Notes: generated by a model not told the origin, from the sequence alone. 64,000 nt of DNA from Devosia sp. 66-14 (GCF_001899085.1 NZ_MKVB01000006.1:1073492-1137491), one strand, 5' to 3'; shown: positions 1 to 9,864, counted from the stretch's first letter. Numbers and translations: made by a program.

Positions 1-474
1 TACAGGGCCTTGTCGAAGCGCAGCGGCGGGGTGAAGCTCGCCGGCGGTGAAGGCGCGCACAATGTGCACATGGCGCGTCACCTGATCGATTTCGGCGGCG
101 TGGGCTTCGTGCAGATCGATTGCGGCCGCATCGGCGGCATCGCCCCGGCCAAGGCGGTGGCCGACTATGCCGCTGGCAAAGGCGTCACCTATGTGAACCA
201 CACCTTCACCTCGCACCTGGCGCTGTCGGCGTCGCTGCAGCCTTATGCCGGAGTGGAGGCGAGCCGGATCTGCGAATATCCGGCAGCGCCCAAGCAGCTG
301 GCGGTGGATATCACCAGCACGCATCTCAGGCCCGACGCCAATGGCGAAGTGCATGTGCCTGACGCGCCGGGGCTTGGGCTCGAGGTGAACCGCGACGCGC
401 TCGGGCGCTACCAGCGCTCGGTCGAGATCCGCGTCTCGGGTCAACCCCTATACCAGAGCGAGGCGATCGCCTGA
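1..474 (+). CDS. Mandelate racemase/muconate-lactonizing (enolase superfamily) enzyme, C-terminal part, truncated by the window edge
   Basis: ORF 10..474 contains GEG, 'VQIDCGRIGGI' and 'HTFTSHL...CEYP...GEVHVPDAPGLGLEVN', typical of the MR/MLE C-terminal barrel. The frame is open from the window start. Confidence 0.8.
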   Translation, partial: YRALSKRSGGVKLAGGEGAHNVHMARHLIDFGGVGFVQIDCGRIGGIAPAKAVADYAAGKGVTYVNHTFTSHLALSASLQPYAGVEASRICEYPAAPKQLAVDITSTHLRPDANGEVHVPDAPGLGLEVNRDALGRYQRSVEIRVSGQPLYQSEAIA

Positions 475-1283
475 TGCCGGCTGCAAAACCCAATGCCGAG
501 AGCCAGAGCAAGCGTCGCCCGCGGGCGACGAAAGCGACGGCGCGAGCTGCCACCCTCGGCGCCGGCTACTCGATGCGCGGCCAGCAAGGTCGGGTGATCG
601 AGGCGCTGGGCCGCGACATCGTCGGGGGCCGCTACGCGCCGGAAACGCTGCTGCCGAAAGAGGCCGAGCTGATCGCCAGCTACGGCGTCAGCCGCACCTC
701 GGTGCGCGAGGCAATGAAAGTGCTGGCGGCCAAGGGATTGATCGAGATCCGCCAGAAGATCGGCACCCGAGTGCGGCCACGCGACCTGTGGAACGTGTTC
801 GACAGCGACGTGCTCAACTGGCAGCACCAGCAAGGGCTGAGCGAAGCGGTGATGCGCGACCTGATCGAGCTCAGGCAAGTGATCGAACCCGCCGCCGCCC
901 GCTTCGCCTCGTCGCGCGCCACGATGAGCGACCTCAGGCGGATCGAGCGGGCGCACCAGAGCATGGCGCAGCATGTCACCGATCCCGTCGGCTATGCCGA
1001 GAGCGATGTGGAGTTTCACATGGCGGTGTTCGCCGCGGCGCACAACGCGTTGCTGCTGCGCTTCGGGCATCTGGTGGCCGACTTCCTGCATATGAGCTTT
1101 GCCATGCAGCAGGATGCGGTCAGCAAGTCCGGCGTGGATTTTTCGAAGGACGCCGACGAGCACAGGCGGGTCTATGACGCGATCAACCGCGGCGAGCCGG
1201 ATGCGGCGGCCGCCGCCATGCTCAACGTCATCCTCGACGGCAAGCGCGCGCTGGGCGAGGCGATGGAAGCACTATCGCGATAA
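474..1283 (+). CDS. GntR/FadR-family transcriptional regulator (wHTH + FCD)
   Basis: 'LPKEAELIASYGVSRTSVREAMKVLAAKGLIEIRQKIGTRV' wHTH, plus FCD features 'ELRQVIEP', 'DVEFH' and 'EHRRVYDAI'. Confidence 0.92.
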   Translation: MPAAKPNAESQSKRRPRATKATARAATLGAGYSMRGQQGRVIEALGRDIVGGRYAPETLLPKEAELIASYGVSRTSVREAMKVLAAKGLIEIRQKIGTRVRPRDLWNVFDSDVLNWQHQQGLSEAVMRDLIELRQVIEPAAARFASSRATMSDLRRIERAHQSMAQHVTDPVGYAESDVEFHMAVFAAAHNALLLRFGHLVADFLHMSFAMQQDAVSKSGVDFSKDADEHRRVYDAINRGEPDAAAAAMLNVILDGKRALGEAMEALSR

Positions 1284-1284
1284 G

Positions 1285-1380
1285 GTCATATTTTTTATGC
1301 AGACCGTCAGTCAGAAGGCACCGTGCAAGATTGACCACGTCAGATAAAGTATGATTTTATTGCAAAAAAGGTCGTCATAC
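1285..1380 (+). promoter_or_regulatory. AT-rich promoter region with possible FadR operator half-sites (TCATA/TATGA)
   Basis: GTATGA (1349-1354) and TCATAC (1375-1380) form an inverted pair. TCATA-N5-TATGC lies at 1286-1300. Located between the FadR gene and the binding-protein gene. Confidence 0.3.
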
Positions 1381-1393
1381 GAGGAGGGAACCA

Positions 1394-2722
1394 ATGACCG
1401 ACACGATACCAGGCGCCGCCACCGGCGCAGCGATGCATCGCCGTCATGTCCTCGGCCTGGGGCTGGGGTTCACCGCCACGATCATGCTGGGGTCCGGCGC
1501 CCGGGCGCAGCAGACCAGTGTGAAGTTCTGGGACCCCGGCCTGTTCGCCGTCTCGGCCGACGGCATCCTGAACAAGGACCGCTCGTTCATCTACCGGGCC
1601 GTCGAGGCCTACCAGGCCGCCAATCCCGGCGAGACGATCGAGATCACCCAGAACAGCGGCGACATCACCACGACGACCAACCAGTTCCGCGCCGCTTCGA
1701 TCGCCAGGAACGGCCCGGACATGAAGAGCGCCTATGCCGGCGGCGGCGTGCTGTCGTTCAGCCAGTTCATCGAGCCGCTCGACAGCGTGTTCCCGCCTGA
1801 AGAGCAGGCCAAGATCAGCGGGTGGGATACGGTGCGCGAGGGCTATCGCACCGATGGCAGCATCCTGGCGCTGCCCTACGGAGCCGGCTCGTATTTCTAC
1901 GTGTTCTATCGTCCTTCGATGTTCCAGCAGGCCGGCGTCGAGTTCGTCGAGCCCAAGACCTGGGAGGATATGCTCAGCCTGGGGGAAGCGCTGAAGGCCA
2001 AGGGCGTCACCCCGTTCTGGGTGTGCAACCAGGAAGGCTATATGGGCGCCTGGGCGATTGCGGCGCTCGGCGGGGGCCAGCTCGGTGCCAACGCGTTCAC
2101 CGAAATGGTGCTGAAGAACCAGCCGATCAACAGCCCGGGCCTGATCGAGGCCTACAAGGCTTATGCCGATATGTTCGCGCGCGGTCTCACCAACCCCGAT
2201 GCCGGCCAGCTGCAGAACGGCGAGGCGACTTCCGGCTTCATCCAAGGCCGCGCCGCCATGACGATCAACGGCGCCTGGTCCAATGCCGAGCTGCTCGAGG
2301 CGCTGGGTGACGATGTCGGCATGTTCCCGATCCCGACGCTGGCCTCGGCGAAAGAGCCGGGCGTGCTCGCCGGCGGGCCGAACCTGGCGGTGTTCGTCAC
2401 CAATTACGCGGCGAACAAGGACGCAGCGTTCAAGTTCATCAAGTACCTGGCCGAAGCCAAGACCATGGATCTGTATGTCGAGCTCAGCCAGACCGAGCCC
2501 TCCAACCACAAGGACGCCGACCCGTCGGTGATCACCAACCGGCTGCTGCGCGAACAGGCCGAGCGGCTGAAGAGCGTGAAGACGGTCTATCCGTTCGACA
2601 ACATCATGCCGCAGCCGGTGATCGATCTGTTCTACCGCGTCAATGCCACGGTGTTCACCGGCCAGCAGACCGCCGAAGATGCGGTGGCCCAGCTTCAGGC
2701 CGAGTTCGACAAGCAAGCCTGA
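1394..2722 (+). CDS. Carbohydrate ABC transporter substrate-binding protein
   Basis: RBS GAGGAGGG. Tat-like 'MHRRHVLGLGLG' signal. Family-1 SBP motifs 'LALPYG...VFYRPSMFQQAG', 'PKTWEDML' and 'FIQGRAAMTINGAW'. Confidence 0.9.
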   Translation: MTDTIPGAATGAAMHRRHVLGLGLGFTATIMLGSGARAQQTSVKFWDPGLFAVSADGILNKDRSFIYRAVEAYQAANPGETIEITQNSGDITTTTNQFRAASIARNGPDMKSAYAGGGVLSFSQFIEPLDSVFPPEEQAKISGWDTVREGYRTDGSILALPYGAGSYFYVFYRPSMFQQAGVEFVEPKTWEDMLSLGEALKAKGVTPFWVCNQEGYMGAWAIAALGGGQLGANAFTEMVLKNQPINSPGLIEAYKAYADMFARGLTNPDAGQLQNGEATSGFIQGRAAMTINGAWSNAELLEALGDDVGMFPIPTLASAKEPGVLAGGPNLAVFVTNYAANKDAAFKFIKYLAEAKTMDLYVELSQTEPSNHKDADPSVITNRLLREQAERLKSVKTVYPFDNIMPQPVIDLFYRVNATVFTGQQTAEDAVAQLQAEFDKQA

Positions 2723-3660
2723 TGCCCAGCGCGTTGGCAGAAGCCGAAGCGACTGCCGGAGCGGCGCCCTCCCACGCCGTCTCCGGCAGGCCAGGGCGCC
2801 GGGCCGAGCGCGGCTTCGCGCTCCTCGCCATCGCGCCGGCGGCGCTGCTGGTTCTCTGCCTCATGCTGGTGCCGATGGCCGGGGCGCTCGGCATCTCGTT
2901 CTTCAAGACCGACGGGGTAACAGCGAGCTTCGTCGGGCTCGCCAATTACGCGCAGCTGCTTTCCGATCCGCTGGTCGGCGCCGTGCTGCTGGTCAACCTG
3001 CAGTTCCTCATTGCCGTGCCGCTGGTGCTGACCGCGGCGACGCTCGTCGCCGTGCTGCTCTACGAGAAGGTGCTGGGCTGGCGGGCCTTCCGCATCATCT
3101 TCTTCATCCCCTCGGTGCTCTCCACCGCGGTGATCGGGCTGATGTTCAAATCCACCTTCGCCTTCGACGGGCCGATCAACAAGCTGGTCATTGCCGCCGG
3201 CGGCGCGCCGGTCAGCTTCTTTTCCACCCCGACGCTGGCCATCGCGGTGATCATCCTGGCGCTGGTCTGGTCAGGCTTCGGCTATGGCGCACTGATCGTT
3301 CTGGCCGGCCTCTCCGCGATCGAGCCGCAGATCTACGAGGCGGCAGAGCTCGATGGCGCCGGCTGGTGGCAGAAACTCTTCCACATCACCCTGCCGCAGA
3401 TCCGCCGGGTGCTGCTGTTCGTGTCGGTGATCAACGTCATCTACACCTTCACCTCGCTGTTCGGCTTCGTCTATGTGATGACGGCCGGCGGGCCGGGCTA
3501 TTCGACCACGACGCTCGACTACCTGATCTACCAGAAGGCGTTTTCCAGCGCCGATATGGGCTCAGGCTCGGCGCTGGCGATCCTGGTGTTCCTGCTGATC
3601 GGGGTGCTGACCGTGCTGCAGGCGCTGGTCAGCCGCGAGCGGAGGCCGTCCAATGGCTGA
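2722..3660 (+). CDS. Carbohydrate ABC transporter permease (MalF-like)
   Basis: Multiple TM segments and EAA loop 'IYEAAELDGAGWWQKLFHITLP'. Confidence 0.93.
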   Translation: MPSALAEAEATAGAAPSHAVSGRPGRRAERGFALLAIAPAALLVLCLMLVPMAGALGISFFKTDGVTASFVGLANYAQLLSDPLVGAVLLVNLQFLIAVPLVLTAATLVAVLLYEKVLGWRAFRIIFFIPSVLSTAVIGLMFKSTFAFDGPINKLVIAAGGAPVSFFSTPTLAIAVIILALVWSGFGYGALIVLAGLSAIEPQIYEAAELDGAGWWQKLFHITLPQIRRVLLFVSVINVIYTFTSLFGFVYVMTAGGPGYSTTTLDYLIYQKAFSSADMGSGSALAILVFLLIGVLTVLQALVSRERRPSNG

Positions 3661-4483
3661 GGCGGCGCGCGTCCGCGGCAAGCTGCCGGCCTTCGTCATC
3701 CTGCTGCTGGTCGCGGCGACGACGCTCTATCCGTTGAGCTTCGTTTTCACCAACGCCTTTCGCACCAAGACCGAGTACCTGAAGGGGCCCTATGGCTGGC
3801 CGGCCGAGTGGTCGCTCAACAACTTCGTGCTGCTGATCGAGAATTACGACCTGTTCCGCGCGTTCGGCAACAGCGCCATGGTGATCGGCACGGCGCTGGT
3901 CATCGTGCTCGCCGCGTCGACGCTTGCCGCCTACGCCATCGTCAAGCTCGACCTGCCGTTCAAGCAGGTGTTTTCCGGCACGTTCCTCTCGGTGATGCTG
4001 GTGCCGAGCCAGGTGCTGATCATCCCGGTCTACCTGCTGCTGTCGCTGCTGCGGGTGGTCGACACCCTGCCCGGCGTCATCCTCGTCTATGCCGCGACCA
4101 ACATGCCGTTTGCGGTGTTCTTCATGTCGACGGTGATGCGCTCGGTGCCCAACGAGTTGCTCGAGGCGGCCCGGATCGACGGCGCGGGACCCTTGCGGAC
4201 GCTGGTGTCGGTGGTGGTGCCGGTGCTCCGAACCTCTATCCTGACGCTGGCGGTCCTGATCTTTCTCGCCATGTGGAACGAGCTGATCTTCGGGCTGATC
4301 CTGCTCCCCAGCGAGATGAACAGCCTGCTCACCCCGCGCATGGCGTCGATCGGCGGGCGCTTCGTGACCAACCAGCCGCTGCTGATGGCCGGGCTGCTGC
4401 TCACCTCGCTGCCACCGATCCTCGTGCTCACCTTCCTCTCAAAGTACCTGGTCAGCGGCATCGCCGCCGGCATGGGCAAATAG
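3653..4483 (+). CDS. Carbohydrate ABC transporter permease (MalG-like)
   Basis: EAA loop 'ELLEAARIDGAG', 'WNE' motif and TM pattern. Confidence 0.93.
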   Translation: MAEAARVRGKLPAFVILLLVAATTLYPLSFVFTNAFRTKTEYLKGPYGWPAEWSLNNFVLLIENYDLFRAFGNSAMVIGTALVIVLAASTLAAYAIVKLDLPFKQVFSGTFLSVMLVPSQVLIIPVYLLLSLLRVVDTLPGVILVYAATNMPFAVFFMSTVMRSVPNELLEAARIDGAGPLRTLVSVVVPVLRTSILTLAVLIFLAMWNELIFGLILLPSEMNSLLTPRMASIGGRFVTNQPLLMAGLLLTSLPPILVLTFLSKYLVSGIAAGMGK

Positions 4484-4494
4484 CGAGTTCTCAG

Positions 4495-6540
4495 ATGACC
4501 GGTTCGTTCTCGGCCGCTTCGGCCACCCTCGGCTTCGACCCCGGCAATGGCGGAACGTTGCGGCTGAGCCTCGGCCAGCGCGACCTGCTTGTGCCGGGGC
4601 CGGCGCTCAGCCTCACCATCGACGGGCGGACGGTGACCGGCTGGCGCGACGCCAGGGTCTCGGGCGGCAGCGGATTGCAGGTTACCGGCAGCGTCGCCGA
4701 CGGCATCGTCGCGACGCTGTCGATCACCCAGGTCGCCGATGGCGCGGCGTTCGAGTTTCAGATGACGTTGCACAACAACTCGGGTGCGCCGGTGCGTGTT
4801 TCGGCCGCCGACGCCTTTGCCGGAACGCTGGCGCCGGCCGACTGGCAGGCCCTCAGCTTTGCCTCGAAATGGGGTGGCGAGTTCGAGCCCGAGGCGTTCG
4901 CCCTCGATCAGCCGCGCGAGATCGAGGTGCGCACCGGTCGCTCATCGCTGGGCCAGAGCCCGTGGCTCGGCGCCACGAGCGCGCTCGGCGCCGTGGTGGT
5001 CGCACCGGTCTGGAGTGGCAACTGGCATATCGGGGTGACCCCGGGGACAGCCGGGGTTGCCCTGGCGGCGGGCCTCTCGCCGTGGAAGTTCTGGCACGAC
5101 CTGCAGCCGGGCGCGACATTCGAGGCGCCGGCGGTACTGGTCGCGGTGGGGAGCGATCTCGACGCGGCAACGCTGGCGCTGACACGCGCGGTCGGGGCGC
5201 GGCTGCCACGCTCGGCCGCCAGCGAAGCCATTCCGCTCGAGTGGAACCACTGGTGGCCCTATGAAGACAAGGAGATCAACGAGGCGGTGTTCCTCGAAAA
5301 CGCCGCCGACGCCACCGACCTGGGCTTTGCAGTCTCGACGCTGGATGCCGGCTGGTTCGGGGCGGCTGATGCCGAAACCTTCTGGTGGGACATTCGCGGC
5401 GACTTCGCCGAGGAGAACCTCGCTCGCTTTCCGCACGGCATTCAAGGCCTTGCCGACGGCGTGCGGCAACGCGGCCAGCGCTTCGGCATCTGGATGGAAA
5501 TCGAGGCCGTCGGGCTGAAGGCGCGGGTTCGCCACGAGCGCGCCGATATCATGGCGCGCCGCGACGGCGACCCGCCGGAGACGCCGCTCGACCCCGATGA
5601 TCCGGGGTTCCTGGGCTATGTCTGCCTCGGTTCAGCAGCCGGCCAGGCGCATGTGCACCAGCTGTTGGAAACGCTGGTCGAAAAGACCCGATGCGAGTGG
5701 ATCAAGATCGATTTCAACCTCGATCCCAAGGCGGGCTGCGACTGCACCGATCATGGCCACGGCGCCGGCGACGGGCTCTATGCGCATTATCGGGGGCTCT
5801 ATGCGCTCTACGACGCGTTTCGCGCCGCCCACCCCGAGATCATCGTCGAGGCCTGCGCGTCGGGCGGCCTGCGTATCGATGCCGGGTTGCTGAGGCACGT
5901 GCATTGCGCCTTTCTCTCCGATCCGGACTGGGTGCCGCATCACCTCGCGGTGGTGCATGGCGCCTCGCACCTGCTGCCGCCGGCAGCGATCCTGCACTGG
6001 CCGATGTCGGAATGGCGCGGCAAGCACCCGCGCCAGACCCTGAGCCTCCGCGATCCGGCGCTCACCGAGGACATGTTCGACACCATCATCCGCTCGGCCT
6101 TCATGCACCGGTTCGGACTGAGCTGGCGCTTGCCCGACCTGCCGGAAAAATGGCGGGTGCGGCTCAAGGCACAGCTGCGGATTTATGCCGAGGAGGTGGT
6201 GCCGCTGGTGCGGAACGGCGACCTGCGCCGGTTGAGCCCGCCGCCGCTACGCAGCGGAGGTGGCGAACGACAGCCACGCTTCCAGTTGAGTTCAGGCGAC
6301 AGGCACTTGCTGCTGGGGTTTTCGCTCGGGCCACAGGAGGAGACGCTGGGCATCCGGCCGGCGGAGGGTGGATTTGCGATTGTGCCACGCGGGCTGGAGG
6401 CCGGGAGGCGCTATCGGCTGCGGGAACTGTCGCCGGACGCGACTGGAGAACCGGTGGTACGGACCGGCGATGAGTGGATGCGCGACGGGGTCGGGTTGAT
6501 CACCGGCTCGTCGTATGCGGGAGTGCTGGAGCTGGTGTGA
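4495..6540 (+). CDS. Glycoside hydrolase family 36 (alpha-galactosidase-like)
   Basis: 'WNHWW', 'TLDAGWFG', 'RFPHGIQGLADGV...RFGIWMEIE', nucleophile region 'WIKIDFN', 'EACASGGLRID', acid/base region 'SDPDW'. Start ATG 4495 follows the permease stop; the 910-aa track ORF has a spurious 5' extension. Confidence 0.85.
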   Translation: MTGSFSAASATLGFDPGNGGTLRLSLGQRDLLVPGPALSLTIDGRTVTGWRDARVSGGSGLQVTGSVADGIVATLSITQVADGAAFEFQMTLHNNSGAPVRVSAADAFAGTLAPADWQALSFASKWGGEFEPEAFALDQPREIEVRTGRSSLGQSPWLGATSALGAVVVAPVWSGNWHIGVTPGTAGVALAAGLSPWKFWHDLQPGATFEAPAVLVAVGSDLDAATLALTRAVGARLPRSAASEAIPLEWNHWWPYEDKEINEAVFLENAADATDLGFAVSTLDAGWFGAADAETFWWDIRGDFAEENLARFPHGIQGLADGVRQRGQRFGIWMEIEAVGLKARVRHERADIMARRDGDPPETPLDPDDPGFLGYVCLGSAAGQAHVHQLLETLVEKTRCEWIKIDFNLDPKAGCDCTDHGHGAGDGLYAHYRGLYALYDAFRAAHPEIIVEACASGGLRIDAGLLRHVHCAFLSDPDWVPHHLAVVHGASHLLPPAAILHWPMSEWRGKHPRQTLSLRDPALTEDMFDTIIRSAFMHRFGLSWRLPDLPEKWRVRLKAQLRIYAEEVVPLVRNGDLRRLSPPPLRSGGGERQPRFQLSSGDRHLLLGFSLGPQEETLGIRPAEGGFAIVPRGLEAGRRYRLRELSPDATGEPVVRTGDEWMRDGVGLITGSSYAGVLELV

Positions 6541-6561
6541 GAACCAGCGGCGCCCCTACTG

Positions 6562-6740
6562 CCCCCCCTCGCCCCTCCTAGCGGACGCGAGTGCGTCCGC
6601 GGGGGGAGAGGGCGGTAGTGAGGCCGAAGGCCTCGCTGCGGGGTGAGGGGCGCCAAGCTCGCGGGATCAGGCTTGAGGGCCGGTGAGCCGGTATGCTTGG
6701 CTACCCCTCACCCTGACCCTCTCCCCAGAGGGGAGAGGGG
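6562..6740. repeat. Alphaproteobacterial REP/RIME/CIR-like palindromic element between convergent genes
   Basis: Left arm ...GGGGGGAGAGGG...GGGGTGAGGGG and right arm CCCCTCACCCTGACCCTCTCCCCAGAGGGGAGAGGGG, with internal hairpins GCGGACGC-GAGT-GCGTCCGC and GAGGCC-GAA-GGCCTC. Confidence 0.75.
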
Positions 6741-6774
6741 ACGCGAGACCAAGACTGGCGGCCAGGCAGCGCGA

Positions 6775-7638
6775 TCAGCGCCCCCCCATCCCGGCGTTCA
6801 GCGCGATCGAGTTGTAGATCAGCTTCTGCAGGAGGATCGCCAGCACGATGCCGGGGAGCATCGAGAGGGCGGCGCCGGCCATGATGTAGTTCCACTGCGT
6901 GCCCTGCTGGGTCTGGAAGTGGGTGAGGCCGACCGGCAAGGTGGCGTTTTCCTGACCGGTCATGACGATCAACGGCCAGAGGAAATTGTTCCACTGGGCG
7001 ATGAAGGTGAACAGCGACAACAGCCCGATCGCCGGCATCGACAGCGGCACGATGATGCTGATGAGGATGCGCAGCCGCGACGCCCCGTCGATCAGCGCGG
7101 CTTCCTCGAGCGAGTTGGGGATCGAGAGAAAGAACTGCCGCAACAGAAAGGCCCCGAAGGTGCCGAAGGCGACCGGCAGGATGACACCCTGGAAGGTGTT
7201 GACCATGCCCAGGCCGTTGACGATCAGGAACAGCGGGATGATCAGCATGATCGAGGGCACCATGAGGGTGCCGACATAGCCCAGCAGCAGCGTGTCGCGA
7301 CCGGGGAATTTCAGCCTGGCGAAGGCGTAGCCGGCAAGGCAGGAGACCACCACGGTGATCACGGTGACGCTGCCGGCGACGATCATCGAGTTGAGGAAGA
7401 AGCGGCCGAACGGCAGCTGCGACCAGGCCTTGGTGAAGTTGTCCCACTGGAACTCGTTGGGCAGGATGCGCACCGGGATGGCCAGCACCTCGGCATTCGA
7501 GCGCACCGCGTTCGAGACCATCCAGAAGAATGGGAACAGGAACAGCAGCGCCACGAGGATCAGCGCGCCGTGGTTCAGGATATCGAGCGCCAGGGCGGTT
7601 CGAGCGCGGAGTCTTGGGGAACGAGCCTTAGTTGTCAT
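6775..7638 (-). CDS. Carbohydrate ABC transporter permease (MalG-like)
   Basis: 'AGYAFARLKFPGR', EAA loop 'LEEAALIDGAS', 'WNNFLWPLI'. Confidence 0.95.
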   Translation of the reverse strand: MTTKARSPRLRARTALALDILNHGALILVALLFLFPFFWMVSNAVRSNAEVLAIPVRILPNEFQWDNFTKAWSQLPFGRFFLNSMIVAGSVTVITVVVSCLAGYAFARLKFPGRDTLLLGYVGTLMVPSIMLIIPLFLIVNGLGMVNTFQGVILPVAFGTFGAFLLRQFFLSIPNSLEEAALIDGASRLRILISIIVPLSMPAIGLLSLFTFIAQWNNFLWPLIVMTGQENATLPVGLTHFQTQQGTQWNYIMAGAALSMLPGIVLAILLQKLIYNSIALNAGMGGR

Positions 7639-8563
7639 AGTGCACCCACTTGCGCTGCAGCCAGAACTGGAGGGCGGTCAGCGCCATGATCAGCGCGAAC
7701 ATCACCCAGGCGATGGAAGAGGCGTAGCCCATCTGGAAGTTCTGAAAGCCGCGCTGGTAGATGGCATAGCCCAGCGTGGCGGTGGCGTTGCCGGGGCCGC
7801 CGCGGGTCATCACATAGATCTGGTCGAACACCTGCAGCGAGGTGATGGCGGTCATCACCGTACCGAAGAACAGCGTGGGCGAGATCAGCGGCAGGCGGAT
7901 CTTCCAGAAGCGATCCCAGGCACTGGCGCCATCGATCTTTGCCGCCTCGAGGTAGCTCGGCGGCACCATGTCCAGCGCGGCGTTGAACAGCACGGTATTG
8001 TAGCCGACATTGGCCCAGAGCGAGACGATGATCACCGCCTGCATGGCAAGGGTCTGGTCGGTCAACAGGTTCGGCACGCCCAGCGACAGCGACTTCATGA
8101 TGAAATCGAAGAAGCCGCCTGGTGCGAAGATCAGCATCCAGACGATGGCGACGGCGATTCCGGGTGTAAATGTGGGGAGGAAAAACACCACCCGGAACCA
8201 CCGTTGCCCTCGCTTGAGGCTCGCGATCCAGGTGGCGAGCCCCACCGAGATGATGATGTTCAGCACCAGGTATTCGGCGGTGAAGAACAGCGTATTGCGC
8301 AGAACGGTCCAGAACTGCGGGTCGGCGGTAAACAGCCGGACATAATTCTGGAAGCCGACAAAGGCCGGTTTGCCGAGCAGCTTCCAGTTGGTGAAGCTCA
8401 GTACCAGCGAGGCGATGATCGGCAGCACCAGAAAGAGGATTACCCCCAGCAGGCTGGGTAGAAGAAAGAAGAAGGCCGTGCGGCCCTCGCGCGGACCGCT
8501 GCGCCGTCGCGGGCGGGTGACCGGGGCGCTCGTCGCAACCGCGGTATCCTCGATGAGCGTCAT
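7628..8563 (-). CDS. Carbohydrate ABC transporter permease (MalF-like)
   Basis: 'FVGFQNY', EAA loop 'YLEAAKIDGAS', 'FDQIYVMTRGGP'. RBS GGAGGAGG precedes ATG 8563. Confidence 0.95.
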   Translation of the reverse strand: MTLIEDTAVATSAPVTRPRRRSGPREGRTAFFFLLPSLLGVILFLVLPIIASLVLSFTNWKLLGKPAFVGFQNYVRLFTADPQFWTVLRNTLFFTAEYLVLNIIISVGLATWIASLKRGQRWFRVVFFLPTFTPGIAVAIVWMLIFAPGGFFDFIMKSLSLGVPNLLTDQTLAMQAVIIVSLWANVGYNTVLFNAALDMVPPSYLEAAKIDGASAWDRFWKIRLPLISPTLFFGTVMTAITSLQVFDQIYVMTRGGPGNATATLGYAIYQRGFQNFQMGYASSIAWVMFALIMALTALQFWLQRKWVHYDN

Positions 8564-8649
8564 GGGCACCTCCTCCCTCGCGGCGCCGTCGGGGCACCGA
8601 TGCAGCAGAGAGCGCCCGACCGGATTCGGGGCCGGCCGGGCGCCAGGAC

Positions 8650-9864
8650 TTACGGCAGCTGGCTCTGGATATCGGCCAGCACCGCGTCCGTGGTGTTGTC
8701 GCCATTGAGCGCCAGCGGCAGGTACTGCGTGAGCAGGTTCTCGAACTCGTTCCAGCTCTCGTTCAGGCGGAACGGGGTCGAATGCTCGAAGGAATATTGC
8801 AGCGTCTCGCGGGCGCCGGCGATATCCTTGGCGGCGACGTCGTACCAGAACTTCTGCTCGGCGAGGCGGCCAGGCAGCGCGCGGCCGGCTGACGCGAGGA
8901 TCTCGGCGGCCTTGGGACCGGTGAGGACCTTGAGCGCCTTGAACGCTTCATCCTTGTGCTGGCTGGCAGCCGAAATGCCCCAGCCCGAGCCCGCCGTGAT
9001 GTAGCGCGACGGACCGTCGCCGCGCGGCAGCGGGGCGACGCCCACCTTGAAGCCCACCGAGGCCTGGGTGGTCAGCAGCGACCAGGGGCCGTCGATCACC
9101 ATGGCCGCATTGCCGGCGGCAAAGCGGCCGCTGCCGGTCTGGGCGCCGGCGCCCGAGGCAAAGACCGGCGACGCCTTGGCGACCGCCACGAGGTCGACGA
9201 GCTTGCCGACCGCCGCTTCATAGCCGGGGTTGGTCAGGTCGAACTGATTGCCGTCGTTGAAATACTCGGCGCCCAGCGCGATCGGCTGGGCGACAAAATC
9301 GAAGGCCTGCACGGCGTAGCCGTAGTCGTCGCCGCTGGTGAGCTTTTCGGCAGCCGCCTTGAAGTCGTCGAAGGTCCAGTCGGGCTTGGGTTCGGCAATG
9401 CCGGCCGCGGCGAACTTGTCGCGGTTGTAGAACATCAGCCACGGGCCGACGTCATAGGGCAGCGCGTATTGCACGCCCTCGTGCGACAGGCCGCTGATGA
9501 TCGAGGACTCGAACGCCGACTTGTCGAAATTGTCGGCCGCGATGAACGAATCGAGCGGCTCGAGCACACCGTAGAAGCTGGGCATGCGCATCGACTGCAT
9601 GGCGACGAGATCGGCGATCTGCCCGGACGAGGCCAGCACCGGCAGGCGAGTCCAATAGTCGGTCCAGCCGGAGAACTGCGGCGTCACCTTGATGTTGGGA
9701 TATTCCGCCGTCACCAGGTCGGCGAGCGACTGGAACAGCGGGGTATCCTTCTCGTCACCCCACATCTGCCAGGTCAGGTTGACCTGCTCCTGGGCGTAGC
9801 TGGCGGTGGACAGGATGGCGGTGCCGGCAAGCGCCAGGGCCGCCAGGGCGTGCGTAAACTTCAC
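8650..9864 (-). CDS. Carbohydrate ABC transporter substrate-binding protein
   Basis: Signal peptide 'MKFTHALAALALAGTAILSTASYA' (GTG 9864 after GAGGAG). 'YALPYDVG..MFYNRDKFAAAG..P..DWTFDDF', 'FAAGNAAMVIDGPW'. Confidence 0.92.
   Translation of the reverse strand: MKFTHALAALALAGTAILSTASYAQEQVNLTWQMWGDEKDTPLFQSLADLVTAEYPNIKVTPQFSGWTDYWTRLPVLASSGQIADLVAMQSMRMPSFYGVLEPLDSFIAADNFDKSAFESSIISGLSHEGVQYALPYDVGPWLMFYNRDKFAAAGIAEPKPDWTFDDFKAAAEKLTSGDDYGYAVQAFDFVAQPIALGAEYFNDGNQFDLTNPGYEAAVGKLVDLVAVAKASPVFASGAGAQTGSGRFAAGNAAMVIDGPWSLLTTQASVGFKVGVAPLPRGDGPSRYITAGSGWGISAASQHKDEAFKALKVLTGPKAAEILASAGRALPGRLAEQKFWYDVAAKDIAGARETLQYSFEHSTPFRLNESWNEFENLLTQYLPLALNGDNTTDAVLADIQSQLP

Noticed and set aside
3808-4494. 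N-terminal 229 aa of the 910-aa track ORF 3808..6540
   Set aside because: It overlaps the MalG-like permease in another frame. GH36-like sequence begins at ATG 4495.
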